NCBI GenBank assembly: GCA_963514005.1
Contig: OY740808.1
Span: 30,070,001 to 30,134,000 of the forward strand
Direction of reading: 5' to 3'
Source: Raja brachyura
Lineage: Eukaryota
Length of the DNA stretch: 64,000 nt
Below are positions 47,534 to 59,850 of the stretch, one piece after another. The notes below the pieces were generated by a model. It was not told the DNA's origin and did not search any database. It saw nothing but the letters and a program-made list of their open reading frames with translations. Numbering within the stretch: position 1 is the stretch's first letter; the number at the start of each line of letters is the position of its first letter. The position numbers were made by a program, and so were the translations under genes.

Positions 47534-47649
47534 GATGCTGGAGAATCGAGGGTTACACAAAGAAGGGCCTCGACCCGAAACGTCGCCTATCTCCTTCGCT
47601 CCTTAGATGCTGCTGCACCCGCTGAGTTTCTCCAGCCTTTTGTGTAACC
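47534..47649. mobile_element. 116 bp rearranged Penelope pLTR insertion
   Basis: 15 bp TSD CATAGTACAAGTGTA (47519-47533, 47650-47664). GGGTTACACAAA and TTTGTGTAACCC are inverted within the insert. Confidence 0.9.
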
Positions 47650-48363
47650 CATAGTACAAGTGTATATCAGTAGTTCACTAAGACACTATACAGTGTTACC
47701 ATTTTGGCACCATTTTCAGGGCCCAGTTACTCCAGCCCAATTTACACGTGCAGGGTTGTTGACTTGATCATGAAGGCCCATTGACCTGATGGTATTGCAG
47801 GGATTGACTTGGAATCATGTTAATGGAGGACCACTACTATTTTGTGACTAAGGGAAATGCAGTCTTGAAATCCTGCGTGGAACATAGTGCTCATGAAATT
47901 CAAAGGTCAGGCAACATCTCTGAAGGACTTGGATCGGTGATATTTTGACTTGGGACCTTTCTTCAGTCTGATTGTAGTGGAGAGAAGAAGGCTGAAAAAG
48001 AGGAGGGGGTGGGACAAAGTCTGGCAAGTGATAGGTGAAGATAGACACAAAAAGCTGGAGTAACTCAGCGGGTCAGGCAGCATCTCTGGAGAAAAGGAAT
48101 AGGTGATGTTTCAGGTCGACACCCTTCTTCAGACTGAGAGTCAGGGGAAAGGGAAACAAGAGATATATAAGGTACATCAAACAAATTAATGAAAGACATG
48201 CTAAAACCAACGATGATGAAGAGAAGGTGGAGCCCACAATGGTCCATTGTTGGCTGTGGGTAGGTGATAACGAATTATACAAACGGTGAAGCTCAATAGG
48301 ATGACAGTGAAACTAGTACAAGTAGGAGCGAGTGTGACCTAATTGGAACATTCAGTATTCATG

Positions 48364-48537
48364 NNNNNNNNNNNNNNNNNNNNNNNNNNNNNNNNNNNNN
48401 NNNNNNNNNNNNNNNNNNNNNNNNNNNNNNNNNNNNNNNNNNNNNNNNNNNNNNNNNNNNNNNNNNNNNNNNNNNNNNNNNNNNNNNNNNNNNNNNNNNN
48501 NNNNNNNNNNNNNNNNNNNNNNNNNNNNNNNNNNNNN
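48364..48537. other. Assembly gap (N run) directly after a Penelope pLTR fragment
   Basis: Seen directly. Confidence 0.99.
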
Positions 48538-48627
48538 AGATCGACTGGATTACGTCAAAAGCACCAAGAGTAGACAGCAAGGCTCCAAGGCAGATTACTG
48601 TTCAGTAATTTAGTGAACTAGCCAAAG

Positions 48628-48921
48628 GGCAGCATGGTGGCATAGAGGTACTACTGCCTTACAGCACCAGAGACCCAGGTTCGATCCTCAGTACGGGTGT
48701 TGTCTGTATGGAGTTTTTACGTTCTCCCCTTGACCGCGTGGCTTTTCTCCGAGATCTTCGGTGTCCTCCCATACACCAAAGACGTACAGGTTTGTAGGTT
48801 AATTGGCTTGCTATAAAATGTAAAATTATCTCTAGTGTTAATGTGCAGGAATCGCTTGTCGGCGCGGACTCGTGGGCCTAAGGGTCTGTTTCCGCTCTGT
48901 ATCTCTGAACTAAACTAAACT
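48628..48921 (+). mobile_element. HE1-type SINE
   Basis: B box GGTTCGATCC, V-domain, (CTAAA)n tail. Confidence 0.9.
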
Positions 48922-49496
48922 TACTCGGTTTCATGACAAAATGGCAGCTTTCATGGGCAGTTTGTCCAGCATTAGCACACAAATTATCAGATTTATTGAA
49001 TTCAATTTCACAGCTTGTCAAGGTGGGATTTGACCTCATAACCTCTGGTTTGCTGATTTAAAACCATAACCACCTTTCCGCCATAAGCATCTCCATTTGT
49101 CAAGCATTCAAAGTCAAATTTCTTTTTCATTATTTGCGACAGCGAGGTTTTCTTGAGCATTTTGGAGACCATAAAATAGCAAATCAAGTGCTTATTCCAC
49201 CTTTAAATTTTGTTCAAGATTTCACTTTTTGGAAGATTATCTGTTATATTTAACTTTGCAGTTTTGCGCAATGTCATGTTTTTGGGAAATTATGTTGGAA
49301 CTGGGAAAGAAAAATATTGAGTGGCGTTTCACTGAGACTGGCAGTCAGAAGGGCTTCTAATTTAGATTTATTGCAGGGAGATTTTGTTCAAAGTTTGATC
49401 AATCTTGCAAATGATCCTAAACGAGGGCAAGCTGAGGAAGTAATTAAATACTTAAACAAAAATTAACCGAAAAAATATATATAATCCAACTGATTA

Positions 49497-49795
49497 GGGT
49501 GGCACAATGCCACAGTGGTAGAGTTGTTGCCTTATGGTGCCACGGACCTGGGTTCAATCCTGACTACGGGTGCTGTCCATAAAGAGTTTGTACGTTCTCC
49601 CTGTAACCGCGTGGGTTTTCTCCAGGTGCTCAGGTTTTCTCCCACACTCCAAAGACAAACACGGTTGTAGTTTAATTGGCTCCTGTATATTGTAAATTGT
49701 TCCTAATGTGTAGGATAGTGTTAGGGTGATTGTTGGTCGGCGCGGATTCGGTGGGCCGAAGGGCTGTGTATTTCTAACCTCTAAAGTTAAAGTCT
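49497..49795 (+). mobile_element. HE1-type SINE
   Basis: GGGTGGCAC head, GGTTCAATCC, V-domain, tail. Confidence 0.9.
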
Positions 49796-52700
49796 GAAGT
49801 CTGGCCAGTGGCAAATCAAATTAAATCCTCAGCTACAAGCAGAAGGAACACAATAGGATGCCAAATGCATGCTGTATTCTGGTTCCAAAATTTGACTGTC
49901 AACGTCAATAGAATAGGAAGTGGAGAATAAAAGCGCACCTATCCCTTGAAATTAGTTAGTGCGTGTACTGTAACTGCAGCAGAATTTCCACCTTCTTCAT
50001 GATGGATGTCAACATCGCTGAGGTCAGTGGGTATAGAACTCGTGGCTTCATATATTCTTTCACTGAAAGGCAACAGTCAGCAATGCAATCAGAAGGCTCC
50101 TTTCTGATCAAACATAAACTGGTGCATCAGCTCACCGCTCACAGCGTGGCGCGCGTAATGAATGTTGCTTAATGAATGATACTTTATCATCACATGTGAC
50201 ATGTCACAGTGCGATTCCTTTCTTTTGCATACACAAGGTATACAAAGAGTCGCCACATAAAGGGCACGGACAAAGTTACAAAGTATTCCATTTGGTGCCT
50301 AAAGGTCCCCTTTGTTCTCGGCGGCTTCTATCGGGGACAATCTCTGGCAGATGATGTCAATCTGGAACATTACTCCAGTTTAACTCTGGATTCAGGACTG
50401 AGACTCATTCAAGATGTTTCCTGTCATATTTTACATGGCAGTCATTCTTCGGGTTTAGTTTAGTTTAGTTAAATGATACGAAACTAAACTAAATGATACT
50501 AACCCCAAAGGATGAGGCAGGTACGATAGTGGTATTTAAGAGACCTTTGGATGGGCATATGAAAATGCAGGAACTGGAAGCATATAGATTACCCACAGAT
50601 AGATAAGAGAGGGTCTGGGCATCATGTCTGGCAGAAATATTGTCTGGTTCTTGTGCTGTACTGTTCTATATTATGTGTTCTACGGTAGTATAAATATGGA
50701 GATGTTTCCACTAGCAGAGAAATCTTGAACAAGCGGGACATAGTTACAATGTAGCATTATTTAAAACTAAGGTGATTTGGAACAGTTGGGTAGTAAGCTA
50801 CCCAAGCGAAATGTACTCGCAAAGGATTTCTGGATTTCTCTATCCTGGAGGATGCGGAGGTCAGGTCATTTGAGGCATTGAAAGAGGAAGTCAATAAGTA
50901 TCTGACATCAGTGAATTGAGGCGTACAGAGAGCTGGCACAGAAGTGATGAGTCGTGGTATGGATCAATCAGTATCCTAACGAATAGCAGGGTTGCTTTGA
51001 GGGGCTGTGTGGTCAATTCTAGCTCATATTTGTTCTGTCTTACAGAAGTACTATAATTGTTTATACTGAAAAGGATGGTGGTTTTGGTGCAGGTAGGAAT
51101 AGATCAGTTGGTAAAATGGCAGATGGAATTTAATCCAAATAAATGCAAAAAGATGCACTTTGGGAGGACGACTCAGGGTAGGGTGCACAAAATGAATTCT
51201 TGATTTAGTACGGGTGTCAGGGGTTATGCGGAGAAGACAGGAGAATGGGGTTAGGAGTGAGAAATAGATCAGCCAAGGCATTGAAGGTTATGGACCAAAT
51301 ATTGGTAAATCAGATCAGGGTAGGTGGGTTGGGTTGGATGTGGTTTGCTAAAGGGTCTGTAAACTTGATTGGCTGAATGGCCTAATTCTACTCCTATCAC
51401 TTATGACCTTATGACCTTATGAATGGTAGACCCCACGGGAACAGAAAGATACCTGAAGGTCATGTCATCAGGAATAGGAGTAGAATAAGGCCATTCAGCC
51501 CATCTAGTTACTCTGCCATTCAATCTTGGGTGATCAACTCTCCCTCCCAACCCCATTCTCCTGCCTTCTCCCCATAACCTCTGACACCCGTACTAATGAA
51601 AATTTTATCTATCTCTGCCTTCAGGTGGATAGTTGAAGGTGGCAGGATAAGATGGTGAGGCAAGCATATGGAATACCAGCTTTCATTAGTTGGGGCACGG
51701 ATATAAGAGCAAGATAGTGATGGTGCAGCTTTATAAAACATAGGTTAGACTATGTGTGGAGGATGTGTACACTGTTGATCACCACACCATAGGACTGTAG
51801 TGACTGTAGTGGATATGTTACAGAGGAGAAGGCACTGGGCTGTTGAGAGCGCTGGAGCATTTCAGACATGAGCCGACTGGAGAGGTTGTGTTTTATGTTT
51901 GTCAGAACGGAGGAGGCTAAGGGGAGGATTTGATTAATGTGTACAAAATGATGAGAGGCATAAGGATAAATACCAGGAAAGGACAGAACAGTGGGTCAGG
52001 CAGCATCTCTGGAGAACACGGGCAAGTAACATTTCGGGTTGGGACCCTTCAGACTAATTTTGAATTTTGAAACAACATCACCTATCTGTATTCTCCAGAG
52101 TTGCTGCCCGACTCGCTGAGTTACACCAGCACTTTGTACCTGTCCACGTTCTCCAGAGATGCTGCCCGACTCGCTGAGTTACACCAGCACTTTGTGTTCT
52201 TTTGTGCAAGCCAGCGTATGCAGTTCCTTGTTCCATGCCAACCCTAGAAGACAGGAAACATTACCCTAGAACAGAGGTGTCCAAAACCAGAGGACAAAAC
52301 TTTAGGGTAAGTGGAAGAAGTTAGAGGAGATGAGAGGAAGAGTTTGTTTTCACCCCAAGGGCGATTCGAATCTGGAACGCATTGGGTGAGTGGATAGTTG
52401 AAGCAGGTACTCCCACAGCATTTAAACAATATCTCATTGAGCATTTGAATTACCAAGGCATGGAAGGTTATGGACCAAATACTGGTAAATGAGATCAGGT
52501 TAGATGGGTAATTGATGGTTGGCATGGATGTGGTTTGCTAAAGGGTCTGTAAAACCCTGACTAATTGGCATTGTTGTCCTTGGTCGGTGAAGGGAGGAAC
52601 AGCTTTATCAACCAACAGTTGCATCAGCCACGGCCACTTGTGACTGCTCCTTGAAAGTTTACAGAGAGTCTGGATGGTGAATAAGGACTGGCCTGACTCA

Positions 52701-54413
52701 GCTTCATGCCACCAAGTTTAAAACAAGCTGCCAGCAATAAGTGACAAATTTGCTGGGTCAAAAGTACCAGAAGCCATGCTGTGCTCATAGAATTATACGA
52801 AAGGACTGTACTTATTTCAGGGGTGGCGTAGAAGATAGATTTTCCTGCAAATGCGTGCCTGCTGTATTTCGGGACCATCAGGCTAAAGGATGTGAGCAGT
52901 GAACATCCTGCAACCTTGCTGAACACGAGACAGAAAATAAAACAGTTTGGGTCAGTGGGGATTAAACTGTGTAAATGTAAATGGACCTGAAGCACGAGTT
53001 ATAACTAGAATCCACGGAAGGCATTATCAGGCAGGGAGATGTTTCTGGTTTTGGTGAGTCATGAGTGAAAAGCTGAGGTAATGTCGCTCCTTCAGCGTGT
53101 TGTGATGTCATCTGTGTCACACTGGACATTTGCTGAAGGATTGCCAACAAAATCTTGATTTAATCCGGTGCCAGTTTAACTAGAGGCGCCCCATGCTGAA
53201 TGCTGGAACATTTCTCCACTGTGCCAATGCAGACTTGCCCCAGTGAAGTACGCAGTCGCAGACCCAAGAGGTTGGAGGGTACAGTGGGCACACGGCCAGC
53301 TGCCCAGCATGGTGGAACCGGCTGACTGGCTGTGCCAGCTGAGTGTGGGGCAGGTGTGTGGCAGTGCGTTTGTGCTCTGGAGATTCCTCGTCCCTTCAAG
53401 ATGCCACGTGCATCTGTCGGGGCCTGCAATCAAGCAGATGTTAATTTTGTTCCGTGCAACAAAAGCCAACACTGCCAGTCAGGCAGATTTGGGCAAACTC
53501 CAGCCACACACCTTTCCCCAAATGTCCTTTCATTATTTTTTCTCTGTCGTACGCCACTCAATTCAGCCGCTCTGAATAGCCTCATGCAGTTCTTTCCATT
53601 GAAGGCGTTCGCAAGTGGCAGCCGCCTTTGTCTGGTAATTAGCTGATGAAAACGTTGAATTAGAGGTTTGTCAAGCAGCTGAAAGCGTGGAGATTTGTTT
53701 GAAAAAGCACAGCCTTAATGCAGTCACAATGGATTTGCAAGTTACAACTCTTGCTCTTTCAGGGTTTCGAGATGTCCTTCAATCTTTATTTCTCTGGGAA
53801 CAAAAGGCTGTGTATTTCTGCAAGTCTTGACTTCCTTTCACTTTGATATGCTATTTAACGCGTGTTTGGAAAGGAGAGTGGATTGACAGAACAAAATGCG
53901 ATTTTCATTACACCTTTTAGATGCAGTGAATCAGTGCTTTCACAAAAAAAATTACCAACACCTTTAGTATATCTATTCATCATTCGCCCAGCGCTTGTTC
54001 ACTGCATTCAGAATAGTGAACCGTAGAAACAGAAGGCAATTACTTTCAATATTTAACAAGAAAAGAAAAATATTTGTCACAATAGTTACTATTTACTTCA
54101 ACATTACCCATTGCTTCTGAAAAAAAACAGAATACTTCAGTTACATTCAGACCCATCCAGCAGTTGGGCAACGCTAAACAGTACATAATAGCCCTGATAA
54201 GCACAGGGAAGAATAGTTATCCTGTCACTAAATTAATTGCCTTGTTTTTGTGAATATGATCATAATTCAAACTGATATATTGAACACAAATTAATCTCTA
54301 TCCTGAACATGAAACAGCTGGTCAGTCCAAGTGAAAGGCAATGCACATTACAGCAACAACACCAGGCCACTCAGCCCCACGAGCCCATTCTGTCCTTGCT
54401 TTCGATCAAACCT

Positions 54414-55730
54414 CTATGGCAATAGACAATAGACAATAGACAATAGTGCAGGAGTAGGCCATTCGGCCCTTTGAGTCAGCACCACCATTCAATGTGATCA
54501 TGGCTGATCATCCCCAATCAGTATCCCGTTCCTGCCTTCTCCCCATATCCCCTGACTCCGCTATTTTTAAAGCCATATCTAGCTCTCTCTTGAAAGCATC
54601 CAGAGAACCGGCCTCCACCACGCTCTGAGGCAGAGAATTCCACAGACTCACCACTCTCTGTGAGAAAAAGTGTTTCCTCGTCTCCGTTCTAAATGGCTTA
54701 CTCCTTATTCTTAAACTGTGGCCCCTGGTTCTGGACTCCCCCAACATTGGGAACATGTTTCCTGCCCCTAGCGTGTCCAAACCCTTAGCAATCTTATATG
54801 TTTCAATGAGATATCCACTCATCCTTCTAAACTCCAGAGTGTACAAGCCCAGCCGCTCCATTCTCTCAGCATATGACAGTCCCGCCATCCCAGGATTTAA
54901 CCTTGTAAACCTACGCTGCACTCCCTCAATAGCAAGAATGTCCTTCCTCATATTAGGGGACTAAAACTGCACACAATACTCCAGGTGTGGTCTCACTAGG
55001 GCTCTGTACAACTGCAGAAGGACCTCTTTGCTCCTATATTCGATTCCTCTTGTAATAAAGGCCAACATGCCATTCGCTTTCTTCACTGCCTGCTGTACCT
55101 GCATGCTTACTTTCATAGACTGATGTACTAGGACCCCCAGATCCCATTGTACTTCCCCTTTTCCCAACTTGACGCCATTTAGATAGTAATCTGCCTTCCT
55201 GTTTTTGCTACCAAAGTGGATAACCTCACGTTTATCTGCATTAAACTTCATCTGCCATGCATCTGCCCACTCCCCCAACCAGTCCAAGTCACCCTGCATT
55301 CTCATAGCATCCTCCTCACAGTTCACACTGCCACCCAGCTGGGTGTCATCTGCAAATTTGCTAATGTTACTTTGAATCCCTTCATCCAAATCATTGATGT
55401 ATATTGTAAATAGCTGCGTTCCCAGCACTGAGCCTTGCGGTACCCCACTAGTCACTGCCTGCCACTGTAAAAGGGACCAGTTAATCCCTACTTTTTGTTT
55501 CCTGTCTGCCAACCACTTCTCTATCCATGTCAGCACTCTACCCCCAATACCATGTGCCCTAATTTTACCAAGTAATTTCCTATGTGGGACCTTATCAAAT
55601 GCTTTCTGAAAGTCCAGGTACACTACATCCACTGGCTCTCCCTTGTCCATTTTCCTAGTTACATCTTTAAAAATTCCAGAAGATTAGTCAAGCATGATTT
55701 CCCCTTCGTAAATCCATGCTGACTCGGACA
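54414..55730 (-). mobile_element. CR1 LINE, 5'-truncated RT region
   Basis: ORFs 54961-55650 (DFQKAFD, GVPQGSVLG, FADD) and 54508-54951. Tail (CTATTGT)n. Confidence 0.95.
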
Positions 55731-55732
55731 GT

Positions 55733-56047
55733 TTGGCGCAGTGGTGGTGTTGCTGACTTACAGCGCTTGCAGCACAGGAGACCTGGGTTCGATCCCCACT
55801 ACAGGTGCTGTCTCTACGGAGTTTGTACGTTCTCCCCGTAACCCTGTGGTTTTTCTAAGATCTTCAGTTTTCTCCCACACTCCAAAGACGTACATGTTTG
55901 TAAGTTAAATGTCTTGGTATAGGTGTAAATTGTCCCTAGTGTGTGTCGGATAGTGATAATGGGTGGGGATTGTTGGTCGGTGCGCAGTGGGCCAAAGGCC
56001 CTGTTTCTGCACTAAACTAAACTTTCTCTCTGAACTAAACTAAACTA
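55733..56047 (+). mobile_element. HE1-type SINE, head clipped at the CR1 junction
   Basis: TGGCGCAGTGG A box, GGTTCGATCC B box, V-domain, (CTAAA)n. Confidence 0.85.
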
Positions 56048-56699
56048 ATGCCAAACTATATTCTATCTACTTTGATACCTTTGATACCTTAACAAAAAAT
56101 ATATAGTGATTCAGTTCTGGAAGGTTAAGATTGTCCAAGTGTTGATCTTTCTATTAATTAACTAATCATAGCATGGTCTGGGCCATCTGAGTTTTCAAGC
56201 CCGCACTTTCCACCACAACTTACCCTGTCTTACCACAGATCTACTCCTGATATTCTTCAGTATTTGTGTAGAAACACGGAACTGTAGAAGCTGGTTTACT
56301 AAAAAGGACCCAAAGTGATGGGGCATCTCACGGCCAGGCAGCACCTCTGGAGAAGGGGTGATGTTTCGGGTCGGGATCCTTCTTCAGATTTTGTGTTCAA
56401 CATATCAGTTTGAATTACGCTCATATTGACAAAACAAGGCAATCAATTTAATTATAGAATAACTATTCTACCCTGTGCACTCTGGGTCACTAGAACAGTT
56501 TAGCTTTGCTCAATTGCTGAGTGGTCTGAATATAACTGAAGTATTCTGTATTTTTTTGTTTGTAATGTTGAAGTAAATAGTAATGATTCAATGATTCAAT
56601 GATTCAATTTGCCAAATAGGTTTTCTTTCCTTATTTTCTTATTTTTCTCCAAAGATGCTGCCTGACCCGTTGAGTCACTCCAGCACTTTGTGTCCTTTT

Positions 56700-56940
56700 T
56701 TAGTTTAGTTTAGAGATGCCTCACGGAAACAGGCCCTTCGCCCACCGAGTCTGCACTGACCAGCGATCACCGCACACTAGCGCTATCCTACACACCAGGG
56801 ACGATTTAGAATCTTCACCTCAACCATCTAACCTACAAACCTGTACATCTTTGGAGTGTGGGTGGAATCCAGAGCACCCCAGGGAAAACCTATGCGGTCA
56901 CAGGAACAACGTACAAACTCCACACAGATAGCACCCGTGG
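56700..56940 (-). mobile_element. HE1-type SINE (partial)
   Basis: V-domain and tail on the minus strand. Confidence 0.8.
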
Positions 56941-56979
56941 TCATGCTAATATTGATAAAATAATGTTTGAATTCAAACT

Positions 56980-57455
56980 GGAAAGGGTACAGAAAGGGAA
57001 CAGGGAAGATTTACGAGGATATTGCCTGGGCTAGAGGGTCTAAGCTATAGGGAGATGTTGAGTAGACTGGGACTCTATTCCTTGGAGCGCAGGAGGATGA
57101 GGGGTGATTTATTGAGGTGTATAAAATCATGAGAGGAATTGATCAGGTAGATGCACAGAGTCTCTTACCCAGAGTAGAGGAATTGAGGACCAGAGGACAT
57201 AGATTTAAGGTGAAGGGAAAAACATTTAATAGGAACCTGAGGGGTAACGTTTTCACACAAAGGGTGATGAATGTATGGAACAAGCTGCTGGAGGAGATAG
57301 TTGAGCAGGGACTATCCCCACATTGAAGAAACAGGTAGACAGGTACATGGATAGGACAGGTTTGGAGGAATATAGACCAAACGCGGGCAGGTGGGTCTAG
57401 TGTAGCTGGGACATGTTGGGCCGAAGGGCCTGGTTCCACTCTGTATCACTCTAAG
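56980..57455 (+). mobile_element. CR1 3' fragment with the tail type shared by HE1 SINEs
   Basis: YKIMRGIDQVD..FTQRVMNVWNKL. Ends GGGCCGAAGGGCCTGGTTCCACTCTGTATC. Confidence 0.85.
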
Positions 57456-57702
57456 ACACTGGAATCATGTTTTCAATACTGGAAGGTGTTGAAATGTTCC
57501 CTCCCCAAAGCTTGTTGGTTTTTGAGTTCTCTTATGATGACTTCTGATAAATTAGAAGATGTATTTTAGTGTTGTTTTACTGATATTAGAGTATGAGCTA
57601 TAGTGTCTTAGTAATTGGGATTAATTTGAGGTTGAAGTCATAGTATGATTATTACCAGTGACTACATGGCAATGAAATGACTGAGTAAGTCACAATAACA
57701 AT

Positions 57703-58809
57703 CTCTCGGCGTACCAGGGCCCCACCCCCAACCTTTACCTCCGTTACATTGACGACTGCTTTGGTGTCACCTCCTGCACCCACGCAGAACTGACTGACTT
57801 CATCCATTTCACCACCAACTTCCATCCGGCACTCAAATATACTTGGACCATTTCCGACATTTCCCTACCATTCCTTGACCTCACCATCTCTATTGCAGGT
57901 GATACACTCCTGACTGACATCCACTACAAACCAACTGACTCCCACAGCTACCTGGACTACTCTTCCTCCCACCCTGTTTCCTGTAAGGACTCCATCCCCT
58001 ATTCCCAATTCCTCCGTCTACGCCGCATCTGCTCCCAGGATGACGTGTTCCACACCAGGTCATCGCAAATGTCCTCGTTCTTCAGAGAACGGGGTTTCCC
58101 CTCCCCCACTATAGATGAGGCTCGCACCAGGGTCTCCTCCATACCCCGCAACACTGCCCTCTCTCCCCATTCCCCCACTCACAACAAGGGCCGAGTCCCC
58201 CTGGTCCTCACCTTTCACCCCACCAGCCAGCGCATACAACAGATAGTCCTCCGCCAGTTTCGTCACCTCCAACGTGACCCCTCCACTCGCCACATCTTCC
58301 CATCTCCCCCCCTGTCTGCCTTCCGCAAAGACCGCTCCCTCCGCAACTCCCTCGTCAATTCTTCCCTTCCCTCCCGCTCCACTCCTTCCCCGGGCACTTT
58401 CCCTTGCAACCGCAAGAGATGCTACACTTGTCCCTTCACCTCCCACATCCACTCCTTTCAGGGACCCAAGCAGTCATTCCAAGTCCGACAGAGGTTCACC
58501 TGCACCTCCTCCAACCTCATCTACTGCATCCGTTGCTCCAGATGCCAGCTGATCTACATCGGTGAGACCAAGCGGAGGCTGGGCGATCGTTTCGCCGAAC
58601 ACCTCCGCTCGGTCCGCAATAACCAACCCGACCTCCCGGTGGCTCAGCACTTCAACTCCCCCTCCCACTGCGTATCCGACCTCTCGGTCCTGGGCCTCCT
58701 CCACGGCCAGAGTGATCAACACCGCAAGTTGGAGGAACAGCACCTCATATTCCGCTTGGGGAGTCTGCATCCTCTGGGCTTAAACATTGAATTTTCTCAA
58801 TTCTGTTAA
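57703..58809 (+). CDS. Penelope polyprotein C-terminal part: RT catalytic motif, thumb, Cys linker and GIY-YIG endonuclease (no start codon, truncated)
   Basis: The frame is open upstream of the track ORF: YLRYIDDCFG..PFLDL..YKPTDSHSYLDYSSSHP..SIPYSQFLRLRRICS, then CNRKRCYTC and LIYCIRC..IYIGETKRRLGDRFAEH..GLN. Confidence 0.9.
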   Translation, partial: LSAYQGPTPNLYLRYIDDCFGVTSCTHAELTDFIHFTTNFHPALKYTWTISDISLPFLDLTISIAGDTLLTDIHYKPTDSHSYLDYSSSHPVSCKDSIPYSQFLRLRRICSQDDVFHTRSSQMSSFFRERGFPSPTIDEARTRVSSIPRNTALSPHSPTHNKGRVPLVLTFHPTSQRIQQIVLRQFRHLQRDPSTRHIFPSPPLSAFRKDRSLRNSLVNSSLPSRSTPSPGTFPCNRKRCYTCPFTSHIHSFQGPKQSFQVRQRFTCTSSNLIYCIRCSRCQLIYIGETKRRLGDRFAEHLRSVRNNQPDLPVAQHFNSPSHCVSDLSVLGLLHGQSDQHRKLEEQHLIFRLGSLHPLGLNIEFSQFC

Positions 58810-59042
58810 CCCAGACTGCCTCCCCCCCACCTCTCCCTCAGCCCTCTGGCCCTGACATTCCTTCTCCATCTCCCCCCCCCCCCCCCTCCCCAGTCGCACT
58901 AGCTTCTCATTTTCACACCACAAACAGCTTACAATGGCCTGCTTCCTTTGTCACCAATACTTTTTTGCATATCTTTCACTCATTGTTCCTTATCTCTCCA
59001 CATCACTGTTTATATCTCTCGTTTCCCTGATCCCTGACCAGT

Positions 59043-59070
59043 CTGAAGAAGGGTCTCGACCCGAAACGTC
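59043..59070 (+). ncRNA. Minimal type I hammerhead ribozyme-like motif in the Penelope pLTR
   Basis: CUGAAGA-A-GGGU(CUCG)ACCC-GAAAC-GUC has both conserved core boxes, stem II, a palindromic ACGU in place of stem III and a GUC cleavage triplet. Stem I is only ~2 bp in cis. Confidence 0.7.
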
Positions 59071-59659
59071 GCCTATCTCCTTCGCTCCTTAGATGCTGCT
59101 GCACCCGCTGAGTTTCTCCAGCTTTTTGTGTAACTCACAATAACAATAAGTTGCTTTGGGAATAAACGAGTTAAGCACATTATTCAGTTGTAATATTGAA
59201 GGCACATAAATTTAGTCTACAAAAATTTTAGATACAAAAATGTTCAATTGGAAGATATGGAAATGATGGGAAGAAATTGACCAAGTATGTGCTTTTGAAT
59301 GCAGTGGTACGTGCATTTCAAGTTTTGATAAGAATCTCTGAATTCACTTCTAGGACAAAAGAAACAGGGGTTTATCCTCTGATGTAAAGTAATTAGGATG
59401 GATAGCTCAGAAAAAGCAAAATAAATCAACGAGAAACTAAATGGAAGAATATTGATAAAGAAAAAGAAGTTAAGCCAAATATTGGCTATGTTATTTTGGC
59501 ACAGCACTTATGAGATTGTAAACTGCTGATAGTGGAAGACTTCAGAAAGACCTTAAGAATTTTTTATAGGGGAAGAGTTTTACCTTTGCAAATAAATTGC
59601 GAAACCAGCATTGTTAAGGCACATTTATAGAGGAATAAAGTTTAAAATTAAGTTGAATT

Positions 59660-59850
59660 ATAGAGACAAATCCCAGCCTGTGAATCGGGAGCAGAACAAC
59701 AGACAGCCAACCACTCTACCACCCTCCAAATGGAGCTCAGGGCCTGGCAGACATTGACACAGAGACAACAACCTGGCTGCTCAACACCCGGCTTGAGATC
59801 TCACTATTCCTTTGGTTCTTTCGCAAGAAGAAGAAGATGATGAAGAAGAA
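59660..59850 (+). mobile_element. Vingi/Ingi-like LINE 3' fragment
   Basis: PACESGAEQQTANH (degenerate C-x-C..H knuckle), then LYHPPNGAQGLADIDTETTTWLLNTRLEI, then a (GAA)n tail. Confidence 0.6.

Larger units (their letters stand above)
57703..59134 (+). mobile_element. Young 5'-truncated Penelope-like element (Neptune-like, Cys motif before GIY-YIG)
   Basis: Perfect 13 bp TSD TCACAATAACAAT (57690-57702, 59135-59147). Coding region is followed by a pLTR. Confidence 0.95.

Noticed and set aside
52090-52197. ~47 bp direct duplication
   Set aside because: Simple tandem duplication within a pLTR copy, with no separate feature evident.
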